A DNA stretch of 64,000 nucleotides from an uncultured virus (IMG/VR IMGVR_UViG_3300045953_000067). Its lineage: Duplodnaviria > Heunggongvirae > Uroviricota > Caudoviricetes. Each line of letters starts with the position of its first letter. Positions within the stretch are counted from its first letter, which is position 1. Below are positions 55,805 through 64,000 of the stretch, one piece after another. The stretch is from the IMG/VR virus record IMGVR_UViG_3300045953_000067; one strand, given 5' to 3'. The notes under the pieces were generated by a model. The model ran no database searches. It was not told the origin of the DNA and saw only the letters and a program-made list of their open reading frames with translations. Position numbers and translations under genes: made by a program.

Positions 55805-56188
55805 TTACCGGAAATCCGGCGGCAACCATCCGCCGTCTTTGCAGATCCAGTCGACGCCCGGCTTCGTGGTTAGGCACTGCGCCGCCTGGTTCGGGTCCGG
55901 GACCACGAACACCGGGATCGGCACGTCGCCAGTGCCGCGGCCGTCGCGGACGTTGAACCAGCGACGAGCGATCACGTCGCCATTCGCACAAGTGAAGAAC
56001 CCGATCAGCGTCTTGTCGTACACGATCGGCGCCGTCGAGACGACGAAACTACCGGGGCACACCTTATGAAGATCCGGCACGCGGTGATCGGTGTACGCCG
56101 CGAAGATCGGGAAGACGTAGTCCTGGGCGACCGCGCCGGCGGCGAAGACGAGGACGAGCGCGACGGCGGCCGCGGAGGCGCGTAGAAT
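55805..56188 (-). CDS. Exported Cys-rich protein (B; no canonical start, ATT candidate)
   Basis: Ortholog of 9986-10378, intact frame. Confidence 0.6.
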   Translation of the reverse strand: MLRASAAAVALVLVFAAGAVAQDYVFPIFAAYTDHRVPDLHKVCPGSFVVSTAPIVYDKTLIGFFTCANGDVIARRWFNVRDGRGTGDVPIPVFVVPDPNQAAQCLTTKPGVDWICKDGGWLPPDFR

Positions 56189-56194
56189 GCCAGC

Positions 56195-56764
56195 ATGGCG
56201 AACCCGTACAGCACCGTCATCGCCGCCGGCATCCGTCGCACGAAGGACGGAATCAAGGTCTCGGTGCGCGCGGCCGAACAGTACGCCAGCCAGATGTTTC
56301 CAGTAGACACACCGCTCGAGACGCTGAAGGCGTGGCGTCGCGACGCGCGGGCGAGGCTCGTGTCGACGGCGCGGCGCGGCTGGCGTGACAGTATTCCGCC
56401 GGCGGATACGCCCTATCTCTACTTCATCGGCGATGGGACCTACGTCAAGATCGGCATTGCTGGAAACCCGGAGCACCGGCTGATTGAGCTGCAGTGCGGA
56501 CAGCCGAGAGACCTGACTATTCTCGCCGTGCTCCCATGTCGGCACGCGGCTCGCCTCGAGCGTCTGGTGCATGGCGCCATGACGGACCATCGCGCGCGCG
56601 GGGAGTGGTTCAGACTCGCGCCAGAAGTTCGGCGGTTGATCCGGGCGGTGAAATCCGGCGAGGCGACAGAGCGCCGGCTGTTCGACGAGCCCGACTTTTT
56701 GATCGGGACTGTCGCCGCTACACAAGCCGCGAGTACCGCCGCCGTCGCGAGGCCGATCCGATAA
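56195..56764 (+). CDS. GIY-YIG (T5orf172-type) nuclease-domain protein with extra N-domain
   Basis: YLYFI..VKIG..P..RL.ELQ..E..H..GEWF; TAGAAT 6 nt before ATG. Confidence 0.8.
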   Translation: MANPYSTVIAAGIRRTKDGIKVSVRAAEQYASQMFPVDTPLETLKAWRRDARARLVSTARRGWRDSIPPADTPYLYFIGDGTYVKIGIAGNPEHRLIELQCGQPRDLTILAVLPCRHAARLERLVHGAMTDHRARGEWFRLAPEVRRLIRAVKSGEATERRLFDEPDFLIGTVAATQAASTAAVARPIR

Positions 56765-56790
56765 TGCGCCTGATTTCAGTAGTTTAAGTG

Positions 56791-56847
56791 TGGTGCGGAA
56801 GAGAGGATTTGAACCTCCACGACCTTGCGGCCACAAGCTCCTGAGGC
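56791..56847 (-). other. attP core B: 3' part of tRNA-Leu(CAG)
   Basis: Reverse complement CTCAGGA loop, long variable arm, GGTTCAAATCC, CGCACCA. Confidence 0.88.
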
Positions 56848-56892
56848 GTCCGGGTCTGACGCAGTTCAGGCCCGTATTCATTGGCGAAACCT

Positions 56893-58164
56893 TCAATTGA
56901 CCCTCCTCCGCGGCGTCTTCCTGATCGCGTGTTTTCCTGAGTGTTTTTGCGTGGGTCGCGAGTGGGGTACCTCCGAAAGTACCTCCGGCCGCCGGCCGAA
57001 CGCCTCGCGCATGATCGTGTCGAGTTTGAGCCGAGCGGCGAGCTTTCGCAACACGGGGCGCTGATGCGCGGGCCGGAGGTGCGTGTATCGCTGCGTCGTC
57101 TCGATGTCCTGGCCCATCGTCTCGGCGCGGAGCTTTTCGTTCAGGCTCGGGACTTCCGCGAGGAGCGTCGCGCAGGAGTGGCGGATCGTGTGAAACGTGA
57201 CGCCGTCCTCGACGTCGCGGCCGTAGGTCAGGCCGGCGGACTTCGCGGCTTCGCGGACGCTCGCCCGGATCGACGTGACCGGCTCGCCGCGGTAGGTCAC
57301 GACCCACGGACCCCGCTGTTCGTCTCGAGCGGCTTTCAGGATCGTCCGGAGCGCCGGCACGATCGGGATCACGAGCGGCGCTCCGTGACGATCCTGTTCC
57401 TTATGGTCGGCGACCGTGATGAACCGGAGGCCGGCGTCGAGGTCGCGGTCCCATCGAAGGGCGAGGACGTTCGCGAGGCGCAACTTCGGGGCGAGACTCG
57501 CGATCGACATCGCAAGCTGCGCGTGGAGCGGGGCCTCCCGGAGCCAGCGACGGAGCTCGGCGGGCGTGACCGTGACGGTGCGGCCCTTCGTGCGCGGCCG
57601 CTCGAGGTCGGCGAAGGGGTTCGTCTGGACGCCGGTCTGTTTCACGTACTGCGGGAGCTTCGCGACCCGATACATGCGAGACAAGACGGACAGATAGTGC
57701 TTTTTCGTCTGGTTCCCGATCGGGCGGTTTCCGACGCGGGTCCGCCGGGCGTCCATCCAGGCTTCGAACTTCAGGATCCAGGACGGATCCCGGATCGGGT
57801 CGGCGAGTGTCAGGTCGTGGTACGGCTCGCCCTCGACGGGCGGGTTCTCGGCGTTCGGTGGGGGCTTCTCGCCCCAGAACCGGAGGACGACGCGGAGCAA
57901 CTCCTCGACGCGGTCGATCCGGCGGACGCGGCCCTTCTGTTTCAGGTGTCGGAGGTAGATCGTCGACCAATCCGTGAAGCTCGGCGCGTGCTCCGGGAGG
58001 ACGTCGAGCCCGCCGGCGAGCCGGGAGATCCGGCGTTGCTCGGTCGCCTCCCACTCCTTCGCGTCGACCTCGGTCCGCTGTCCCGTGTTCCCTTGGTACC
58101 GCTGGCCGAGGTGATAGAACCGGTAGCGGTAGGTCGCACGGTCGCCGGAGCGCCAGACGGTCAT
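56893..58164 (-). CDS. int: Tyrosine integrase (B)
   Basis: R..K..HTIRH..Y; ortholog of A integrase. Confidence 0.92.
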   Translation of the reverse strand: MTVWRSGDRATYRYRFYHLGQRYQGNTGQRTEVDAKEWEATEQRRISRLAGGLDVLPEHAPSFTDWSTIYLRHLKQKGRVRRIDRVEELLRVVLRFWGEKPPPNAENPPVEGEPYHDLTLADPIRDPSWILKFEAWMDARRTRVGNRPIGNQTKKHYLSVLSRMYRVAKLPQYVKQTGVQTNPFADLERPRTKGRTVTVTPAELRRWLREAPLHAQLAMSIASLAPKLRLANVLALRWDRDLDAGLRFITVADHKEQDRHGAPLVIPIVPALRTILKAARDEQRGPWVVTYRGEPVTSIRASVREAAKSAGLTYGRDVEDGVTFHTIRHSCATLLAEVPSLNEKLRAETMGQDIETTQRYTHLRPAHQRPVLRKLAARLKLDTIMREAFGRRPEVLSEVPHSRPTQKHSGKHAIRKTPRRRVN

Positions 58165-58394
58165 CCGCGGCCGAAACTCGCGAGGGCGGCCATCAGGAAA
58201 AACGCGATCGCGCCGATCGCGAGTAGGGCGGGGATCGACGCCAGTGTCCACTTGAAGATGAAACTGACCATCGACCCGAAGGGCATGTCGAGGTCGACGA
58301 CGACGACCCGCTGAGCGCCGGCCGTCCTGAGCGCGGCGCTCTGGTCGGCGAGGAGATCGCGGCCGCTCTTTTGCACGGTGTCTATTCCTGTCAT
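58161..58394 (-). CDS. Small membrane protein
   Basis: VVDLDMPFGSMV..KW..ASIP. Confidence 0.7.
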   Translation of the reverse strand: MTGIDTVQKSGRDLLADQSAALRTAGAQRVVVVDLDMPFGSMVSFIFKWTLASIPALLAIGAIAFFLMAALASFGRG

Positions 58395-58621
58395 CCGTCG
58401 CCTCCTCCTGGTGGTGACGCGAGCCGCCTCCGGATCGCGCCGTCGATCATGACTTCGAACACGCGCGCCGCGCGCGGGTCCAAGCGTTCAAGCTGCGCGG
58501 CCTTCGCCGCCAGCACGGAAGGCGCCGAGAGTTCCGCGCGTAGCATCTCGAACTTGCCGGCTGGGAGCTCGGCGAGTCTCCTGCTCGCCTTCGGGTTGGA
58601 GTACACGAGCCGCAGTGTCAT
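58391..58621 (-). CDS. Small conserved protein (LRLVYSN) (B)
   Basis: Ortholog of 13914-14129. Confidence 0.7.
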   Translation of the reverse strand: MTLRLVYSNPKASRRLAELPAGKFEMLRAELSAPSVLAAKAAQLERLDPRAARVFEVMIDGAIRRRLASPPGGGDG

Positions 58622-58757
58622 TCATCGGTGCCTCCGCGCCGCGCCTACGATCGCGCAGCAGAAGAGCATCGGCGAACGGACTGACGGACTAGGTCAACAA
58701 CAACCCATAGCGTGAGACGCTGCGGTGCTACCGCAACCGGTAGCATGGTCGCGCGTG

Positions 58758-59081
58758 TCATCGTTTCCGACGGCGACGCTTGACGGCGGCGCCCATCATG
58801 TCGCCGACGTCGAGCGACCAGTCGCAGACCCATTTCTTGTCGGGCTCCTCCGGTTGCGCGGCGACGATCCCGACGAGGGCGCATCCGGCGTAATACTCAT
58901 CGAGGCCTATGTCCAGCGTCGCCGGCACCGACGGCGCGCGGGGGTTGATGAACAGCGTGCGGAGCGCGGCGAGCCGACGCGCGCGCTCCCACCCGGACAT
59001 GGGCTTACGTTCGGCGGCGCCACGGGCCGCCACGCGGCGTCGAGCGGTACCAGGCGTGCGGGCCTTTCTCGGCGGCTTCAT
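58758..59081 (-). CDS. Conserved phage protein (B)
   Basis: Ortholog of 14262-14579. Confidence 0.75.
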   Translation of the reverse strand: MKPPRKARTPGTARRRVAARGAAERKPMSGWERARRLAALRTLFINPRAPSVPATLDIGLDEYYAGCALVGIVAAQPEEPDKKWVCDWSLDVGDMMGAAVKRRRRKR

Positions 59082-59301
59082 CGCGGCCCCGCCTTCCGCT
59101 TGGGATGCCCAGGCTGCTGTCCGCGATCCTTTCGATGGCTCGCATCCTCTCCGGAATCAGGAGTGCGATCTCTTGGAGCTTGTCGCCCAAAGACCTGGTC
59201 GGCCTCGTCGGCGAAGTGGTCGAGGGCGTCCTTGACGGTGTTGGCAAATCCTCTGAGGTCGTGGCTAAAGGCTGCGAGTGTACGAGCCGGAGTCTCTGCA
59301 C
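59005..59301 (-). CDS. Candidate ORF nested in repressor 3' end (B)
   Basis: Same length (98 aa), RBS and start as in A. Confidence 0.55.
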   Translation of the reverse strand: MQRLRLVHSQPLATTSEDLPTPSRTPSTTSPTRPTRSLGDKLQEIALLIPERMRAIERIADSSLGIPSGRRGRDEAAEKGPHAWYRSTPRGGPWRRRT

Positions 59302-59629
59302 CGTTGGCCCCTCCCGTGGTTCGGTCCTGTAGATAAGTCGGAGGGGTATCTTTTACCTCATCTGTGGCGTTTTTGCTGGAAATTTTGCCACGCCACAACC
59401 TGTCGTAGTCGGCGTCCTCACCGGCCACAAGTTCTTCGATCCGGCATGGGATGCCCTTGGCAAACATTAGGAGCGTGTCCAGGCGCACGGTCCTGTTCCG
59501 TCCGTGCTCCCAGTCGCTCAGTTGCTGCGCTGAAATATTCAGGTGTCTGGCGAAATCCGCTGGCTTGGTGTGGCCGGCGGCGATCCGCAGCCGTTCGATG
59601 TTCTTCCCGATCTGCTCTCCTGGGCGCAT
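59078..59629 (-). CDS. CI-like XRE repressor (B)
   Basis: DFARHLNISAQQLSDWEHG HTH. Confidence 0.85.
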   Translation of the reverse strand: MRPGEQIGKNIERLRIAAGHTKPADFARHLNISAQQLSDWEHGRNRTVRLDTLLMFAKGIPCRIEELVAGEDADYDRLWRGKISSKNATDEVKDTPPTYLQDRTTGGANGAETPARTLAAFSHDLRGFANTVKDALDHFADEADQVFGRQAPRDRTPDSGEDASHRKDRGQQPGHPKRKAGPR

Positions 59630-59639
59630 TCGAGCCGTC

Positions 59640-59668
59640 ACTATATCGGACCGAATAGCTACGCGCAA
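59640..59668 (-). promoter_or_regulatory. Repressor promoter TTGCGC-17-TATAGT (near-leaderless)
   Basis: -10 lies 10 nt before ATG at 59629. Confidence 0.6.
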
Positions 59669-59732
59669 ACGCGTAAGGTCTTGATGCATCGCGACTTCGG
59701 TCGCAACCGAAGTACCCGCTGAAACTTTCGGC

Positions 59733-59762
59733 TTGACACGTATACGGTTACAGCCGTAGTAT
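59733..59762 (+). promoter_or_regulatory. PR-like promoter TTGACA-18-TAGTAT with palindromic operator
   Basis: tacgg-ttacag-ccgta at 59743-59758. Confidence 0.7.
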
Positions 59763-59776
59763 TCGCGTTGTTCCGT

Positions 59777-60031
59777 ATGACGGCCAAGCAGATCAAAGCC
59801 CTCCGCAGCATCCCTGTTGGCGAGACCGGCAATCGCCTCGCTGACGCGTTCCAGATCAGCGGTCTTCCACAGATGGCCTGCGTCAGGAGGACCAGGTTCA
59901 CGGCGCAGTACGTCAGCGACGTAAAGAACGGGCGCTTCCGGGACATCTCTGTCGAGAACGCGCGGGAGTTCGCGTCGTTCTTCGGCTGTCAGATTGAGGA
60001 CTTGTTCCCGGCGCGTGAGGCGGTCGCCTGA
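59777..60031 (+). CDS. Cro-like protein (B)
   Basis: HTH; C-terminus FFGCQIEDLFPAREAVA identical to A. Confidence 0.85.
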   Translation: MTAKQIKALRSIPVGETGNRLADAFQISGLPQMACVRRTRFTAQYVSDVKNGRFRDISVENAREFASFFGCQIEDLFPAREAVA

Positions 60032-60089
60032 TGTCGTGTTCATCATGGCGTCGAGTGTCGCCGGTATTCGGGATGGAAGGAAGTCCACG

Positions 60090-60446
60090 ATGAGGACTGC
60101 GCTCCTGTTCATGTGCGCGTTCGTGATCGTCCAGGTGGATCCCGACATCGTGTGGCGCGGCGCGCAACGGTGGCGCGCGGCGATCTATCGGGCGCTCTGG
60201 TCGATCGAAAAGCTCGCCATTCACTGCGGCGTCGACAAGTCGCAGCTCCGACGAGAGATCGACGAGGGCAGGCTCCCGATGAAGCGGATCGAGCAATTCC
60301 CTCCAGACGTTCGCGGCTGGCATTCGGTGCTGACGCTCGAAGAAGTCGGCGTGCCGGACGTGCTCCTTCGTGCGGAACCCGTGATCAAGATGGCGAAGAT
60401 GACGCTCGCTCCGATCAACCCGGAAGAGAAGAAGAGGCTCGCATGA
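60090..60446 (+). CDS. CII-like regulator (B)
   Basis: Position; EKLAIHCGVDKSQLRREI. Confidence 0.55.
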   Translation: MRTALLFMCAFVIVQVDPDIVWRGAQRWRAAIYRALWSIEKLAIHCGVDKSQLRREIDEGRLPMKRIEQFPPDVRGWHSVLTLEEVGVPDVLLRAEPVIKMAKMTLAPINPEEKKRLA

Positions 60447-60721
60447 TGACGCTCGCCGTACAGGTAATGCTCCCGCGGTGGATGCCGGATCACGTGTTGA
60501 CGATCCTCGCGTTCGCGGCGGTCCTGGTGGTGCTTCAGTTCACGGCGTCGCAGTCTGCTGAGGCGAGGCGCGTCGTGCGTCGCGTCGCCGTCGCCGTGAC
60601 GCTGTCCGTGCTCGCGGCGCTCGGCGTGACGTACGCCGCCGATCTCCCGATCGGGAACGTCTGCAAGGACATCGAGCCCGGGACGTTCCTTTGGTACTTC
60701 ATGGGCTGCTTCCTCGGGTAG
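60443..60721 (+). CDS. Exported Cys-x14-Cys peptide precursor (B)
   Basis: TM, signal-like segment, TYA|AD, CKDIEPGTFLWYFMGCF. Confidence 0.75.
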   Translation: MMTLAVQVMLPRWMPDHVLTILAFAAVLVVLQFTASQSAEARRVVRRVAVAVTLSVLAALGVTYAADLPIGNVCKDIEPGTFLWYFMGCFLG

Positions 60722-60726
60722 ATCCG

Positions 60727-61011
60727 ATGTCAGCCCTCACGGAGAAGGTTCCGCTCCCTGAACTCGCCCGTCGCTGGGGCTGGTCGCAGGACGCGCTCCG
60801 CTGGCTCGTGCGGCGGAAGGCGATCCCGTTCCTCAAGATCGGCGGTCGGATCTACTTCGAGGTCGAGGCGCTCGAGCCGTGGCTCGCGGCGAGACGTGGC
60901 GGGGATCCCGTGGCGCTCGCGGCGCAGTCGAAAGCGGCGGCGCGTGCGGCCTCGCGGCGGGCGCTCGGTCTGCCGGCGAACCATTACTTCGGGATGAAGG
61001 AGACCGCATGA
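60727..61011 (+). CDS. Excisionase-like HTH_17 protein (B)
   Basis: ELARRWG..IPFLKIGGRIYF..LEPWL. Confidence 0.8.
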   Translation: MSALTEKVPLPELARRWGWSQDALRWLVRRKAIPFLKIGGRIYFEVEALEPWLAARRGGDPVALAAQSKAAARAASRRALGLPANHYFGMKETA

Positions 61012-61082
61012 TGCGCCGTCTCGTTCCGTGGGTTTTTGTCCTGCTCTCGGCGCTGTTCCTGGCGGGGGTGTTCACGTCATGA
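61008..61082 (+). CDS. 24-aa single-TM microprotein (B)
   Basis: MMRRLVPWVFVLLSALFLAGVFTS. Confidence 0.65.
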   Translation: MMRRLVPWVFVLLSALFLAGVFTS

Positions 61083-61373
61083 GGGACAACTTCGACGCCG
61101 ACGACTTCCTGACGCCTGAACCTGAACGGGCGGCGTGCCGCGCGCTGTATGTCGCGCTGTCGCTCGGGATCGTCGCGCTGGCGCTCGTGATCCTCTGGGC
61201 GCAGGGGATCCCGGCGGACGTCGAGGTCGCGCGGGCGGTCATCCGGTGATGCGCGAACTGATCGACGTGCTGCTCGTGCTCGGCGCGCTCGTGGCCGTCG
61301 TCATTCTCGGGTGGGCCGTGATCGTCTGGGCGGCCTGGTGTCTCGCGAAAGCGTTCACGCGGAGGGATGAGGA

Positions 61374-61568
61374 ATGAGCATCAAGGATCGTGGGTTTGCG
61401 TCGATGGCCCCTGAGAAGGTGCGCCGGATCTCGTCAATGGGCGGGAAGGCGGCGCACGTCAAGGGCACCGCGCACGAGTGGACGAGCGCGGAGGCGCGGG
61501 AGATCGGGCGTAAGGGCGGGCTGGCGTCGGCCCGCGCGAAGGCGCGGAAGCTGGCGAAGGCGTCGTGA
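61374..61568 (+). CDS. KGG-repeat stress-induced protein
   Basis: RGFASM..GGKAAH.KG.AHEWT..EAREIGRKGG. Confidence 0.88.
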   Translation: MSIKDRGFASMAPEKVRRISSMGGKAAHVKGTAHEWTSAEAREIGRKGGLASARAKARKLAKAS

Positions 61569-61674
61569 CGCGCTGGTGTCGGTTCTTGATCCGGATCGGC
61601 TGGCTCCCGGAGCGGCTCCCGATGGATCTCGACTGGCGTCGGCAGGCCTGGGGCCTCGAAGAGAAGAAGGGCGC

Positions 61675-61947
61675 GTGAATACCTGTCGAGACAAGCGCTG
61701 CGAGGGCTTCCGTCGACAGTGGAACCTCCTGTTCTTACTTCGTCAGCGGGCGTGGACGCTCCGAGAGTTGTCGCAGGCGTTGAACGTCAGCGGGCGCACC
61801 GTGCGGCGGGATCTGTCGGTGTTCGACGCCTTGCAGTTCCCGCTGATGAAGTCGGATCCGGACTGGAAGGAAGTCCGCTGGTGGCTCGGGGCGATGGCGG
61901 AGTGGCCGCGACGGGAAGACGCGCCGGTTCGAGAACTGAGGGCGTGA
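61675..61947 (+). CDS. Stand-alone HTH_11 protein (B)
   Basis: TLRELSQALNVSGRTVRRDL. Confidence 0.78.
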   Translation: MNTCRDKRCEGFRRQWNLLFLLRQRAWTLRELSQALNVSGRTVRRDLSVFDALQFPLMKSDPDWKEVRWWLGAMAEWPRREDAPVRELRA

Positions 61948-62112
61948 ATGCGGAGCGGGATGAAGCAGATCGTCGGGATGCTCTGCGTCGGCGGTCGCTG
62001 GCGTGCGGTGCTCTCGTGCGGGCATGAAGAGGACGCGCGGCACGACACGAAGCTCGGGGGCTATCGGTTCTGTCCGATCTGTCGGTTGGTGAGTTGGAAA
62101 AACGGCGCGTAA
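61948..62112 (+). CDS. Small Zn-binding protein (B)
   Basis: Ortholog of 17646-17810. Confidence 0.65.
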   Translation: MRSGMKQIVGMLCVGGRWRAVLSCGHEEDARHDTKLGGYRFCPICRLVSWKNGA

Positions 62113-62166
62113 CAAACGAAAGGCCCTGGTAGCAGCCAAGGCCTCTAACGAAGGGAGCGATGAGCG

Positions 62167-62649
62167 ATGAGTCCAATACCCGTCACCAGCCCTATGAGTC
62201 AACCTCCGACCGCTCGCTGCGCCTGTGGCGTCTCGCGGGCGATGCACTTCGCGCTCGGCGGCGTCCGCCTGTCCTGCGAGGATGCACAGTCCGCCGTCCT
62301 CGAGCGGACCGCACGCGACCGTGAGCAGGTCGAGGGGATCGCGAACGTGCTCGGCGCGATCGTCTCGACCCGGCACGAGTTCCCCTTCTCAGACCTCCGC
62401 GATCTCGCGGCGCAGGGGGCCGCAGGGTTCGAGGAGGCCGCGGTCTACCGCGGGGTCGCACGGCGGGCGATTGCCTCCTGTCTGCCGACCCGGTGCGCGG
62501 ATGCCCGGCTCGAGGCGCGTCGGGCCGCGGTCGGGAAGGCGCTCGACGCCTTCGGCGTCCGGATGATGACGACGAACGAGCGGATCTTCTTCGAGACCCT
62601 CGCCGATGCCGCGGTCATGGCCTACGGCCGATCCCTGGAGGCCCTGTGA
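62167..62649 (+). CDS. Conserved hypothetical protein (B)
   Basis: Ortholog of 17856-18344. Confidence 0.75.
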   Translation: MSPIPVTSPMSQPPTARCACGVSRAMHFALGGVRLSCEDAQSAVLERTARDREQVEGIANVLGAIVSTRHEFPFSDLRDLAAQGAAGFEEAAVYRGVARRAIASCLPTRCADARLEARRAAVGKALDAFGVRMMTTNERIFFETLADAAVMAYGRSLEAL

Positions 62650-62963
62650 TCGACAAGTGCTACTCCTGCGCGCATCGTCGGGATTTTCCCGGCTCCTGTC
62701 ACTCGTCCTGTCAGCATCCGGCGACGGCGCGCGCTCACCTGACAGGCGAAGCCGAGACGGCGCGGTTGCTCGGTAAGCGCAGTGGCTACACCAGCCTCCC
62801 GCTTGATCGTCAAGCGGCCGATCTCCGTGTCACTGGCGCCCCGATCGGCGTCCGTAATGGCTGGTTCCTCTGGCCGGTCAACTTCGATCCCGTCTGGCTC
62901 GAATCCTGCGATGGGTTCACGCCGGTCGGTGCGGCGCTCGCGGCAGAGAGCGAGGCGCGGTAA
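62646..62963 (+). CDS. Cys-rich phage protein
   Basis: CYSC..H..C..GWF.WP.NFDP.W..CDGF. Confidence 0.7.
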   Translation: MIDKCYSCAHRRDFPGSCHSSCQHPATARAHLTGEAETARLLGKRSGYTSLPLDRQAADLRVTGAPIGVRNGWFLWPVNFDPVWLESCDGFTPVGAALAAESEAR

Positions 62964-64000
62964 TGGGACTCCTCCAGAAAGCACGCGTCGAACAGTCGGC
63001 GGCGAAGGTCGGGATCTTCGGCCGTCAGGGCTCAGGCAAAACGACGACGAGCGCGCTCATCGCGATCGGGCTGTCGAAGACCTTCCACAAGAACGCGCCG
63101 GTCGCGTTCATGGACACGGAGAACGGCTCCGACTACCTGGTTCCGATCTTCGAGGCCGAGGGCGTCGAGCTCGTCGTCGTGAAGTCGCGGGCGTTCTCAG
63201 ACATGAAGGCGGCGCTCCGGGAAGCCGAGAAGGCCGGCTGCTGCGCCTACCTGGTCGACTCCTACTCGCATCCCTGGCAGGAATTGACCGGCACGTTCAA
63301 GGAGAAGTCGAAGCGGAAGAAGCTCGAGTTCCACCACATGGACGCGCTCAAAACTATGTGGCGGGTCTGGACCGATCAGATGCTCAACTCGTCCCTGCAC
63401 GTCATCCTCGCCGGCCGGCTCGGCTTCGAGTGGGGCGAGGAGGAGACCGACGAAGGTCGGAACCTCGTGAAGCTCGGGACGAAGATGAAGTCGGAATCGG
63501 AGGCCGGGTACGAGCCGTCGCTGCTGATCGAGATGGAAGGCCTCCAGTCGACCGACGCGCGGGAGAAAGCCTCCCGCACGAAGAAGGGCTCGATCGTCCA
63601 TCACGCCTACGTCCTGAAGGACCGCTGGCGGACCCTGAACGGGCGCGTGTTCCCGTTCAAGGACATGAACGAATACAAGCCAGGCGCCTACCAGGCGGTC
63701 TTCAAGGCCTTCCTGCCGCACTGGTCGAAGTTGGTCATTGGCGGGCAGCAGCGGGCCGTCGACGGCGCCCGGACGAGCGGGCACGAGTTCAGCGAAGCCG
63801 GCGAGAACACGGGTCAGCAGATCGCGACCCGGAAGACGATCGCCTCGGAGGAGATCGCCGGCGTCCTGGCGCATCTCTGGGGCGGTCAGACAAAAGACGA
63901 GAAAGCCATCCGTCAGGGGCTCCTCCATCATCTCTTCGGCACGTTCTCATGGACGGCCGTCGAGACCTCGCCGGTTGACAAACTGGAATCCGCCGTCACG
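62963..64000 (+). CDS. AAA_24/Sak4-like ATPase (3' truncated)
   Basis: GRQGSGKT Walker A, DTENGS, VDSYSH. Confidence 0.8.
   Translation, partial: MGLLQKARVEQSAAKVGIFGRQGSGKTTTSALIAIGLSKTFHKNAPVAFMDTENGSDYLVPIFEAEGVELVVVKSRAFSDMKAALREAEKAGCCAYLVDSYSHPWQELTGTFKEKSKRKKLEFHHMDALKTMWRVWTDQMLNSSLHVILAGRLGFEWGEEETDEGRNLVKLGTKMKSESEAGYEPSLLIEMEGLQSTDAREKASRTKKGSIVHHAYVLKDRWRTLNGRVFPFKDMNEYKPGAYQAVFKAFLPHWSKLVIGGQQRAVDGARTSGHEFSEAGENTGQQIATRKTIASEEIAGVLAHLWGGQTKDEKAIRQGLLHHLFGTFSWTAVETSPVDKLESAVT

Larger units (their letters stand above)
47848..64000. mobile_element. Related temperate phage, unit B (partial)
   Basis: Same gene order as 1-18344 with diverged orthologs, different attP and immunity genes. 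Confidence 0.88.

Noticed and set aside
1..64000. Diversity-generating retroelement, CRISPR array or invertible shufflon
   Set aside because: No reverse transcriptase, no repeat-spacer array and no invertase seen; A/B differences are not adenine-specific.
47848..64000. Simple terminal redundancy or exact tandem duplication
   Set aside because: The second copy differs throughout and has different att, immunity and accessory genes.

Overview
The window is GC-rich temperate phage DNA with a lambda-like head and a non-contractile tail. It contains two related but distinct phage genomes head-to-tail. Unit A (1-47847) is a complete circular permutation: tail tip, lysis, accessory genes, attP (3' half of tRNA-Lys-CTT), integrase, cI/cro, recombination/replication, an accessory structural cluster, cos/terminase, head, tail and tape measure. 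Unit B (47848-64000) repeats the gene order with divergent sequence, a different attP (tRNA-Leu-CAG), a different immunity region, a different receptor-binding module and a Sak4-like ATPase in place of RecT/Bet. Bases 1-127 are exactly identical to 47848-47974, so the A/B join is probably an assembly-graph junction, but it provides an internal comparison. The host is probably an Acidobacteriota-like bacterium (inference from protein motifs only). The main candidates for novelty are: (i) an exported Cys-x14-Cys peptide precursor in the early operon that differs between the two phages (possible signalling or exclusion peptide); (ii) tail-fibre/receptor-binding proteins carrying Sec-type signal peptides and Cys pairs; (iii) a conserved ORF nested in the repressor gene; (iv) small HTH genes each followed by their own repeat sites and a leaderless-type promoter; (v) a tRNA-like element inside the lysis cassette of B. 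All functional calls come from motif recognition by eye; no searches were run.
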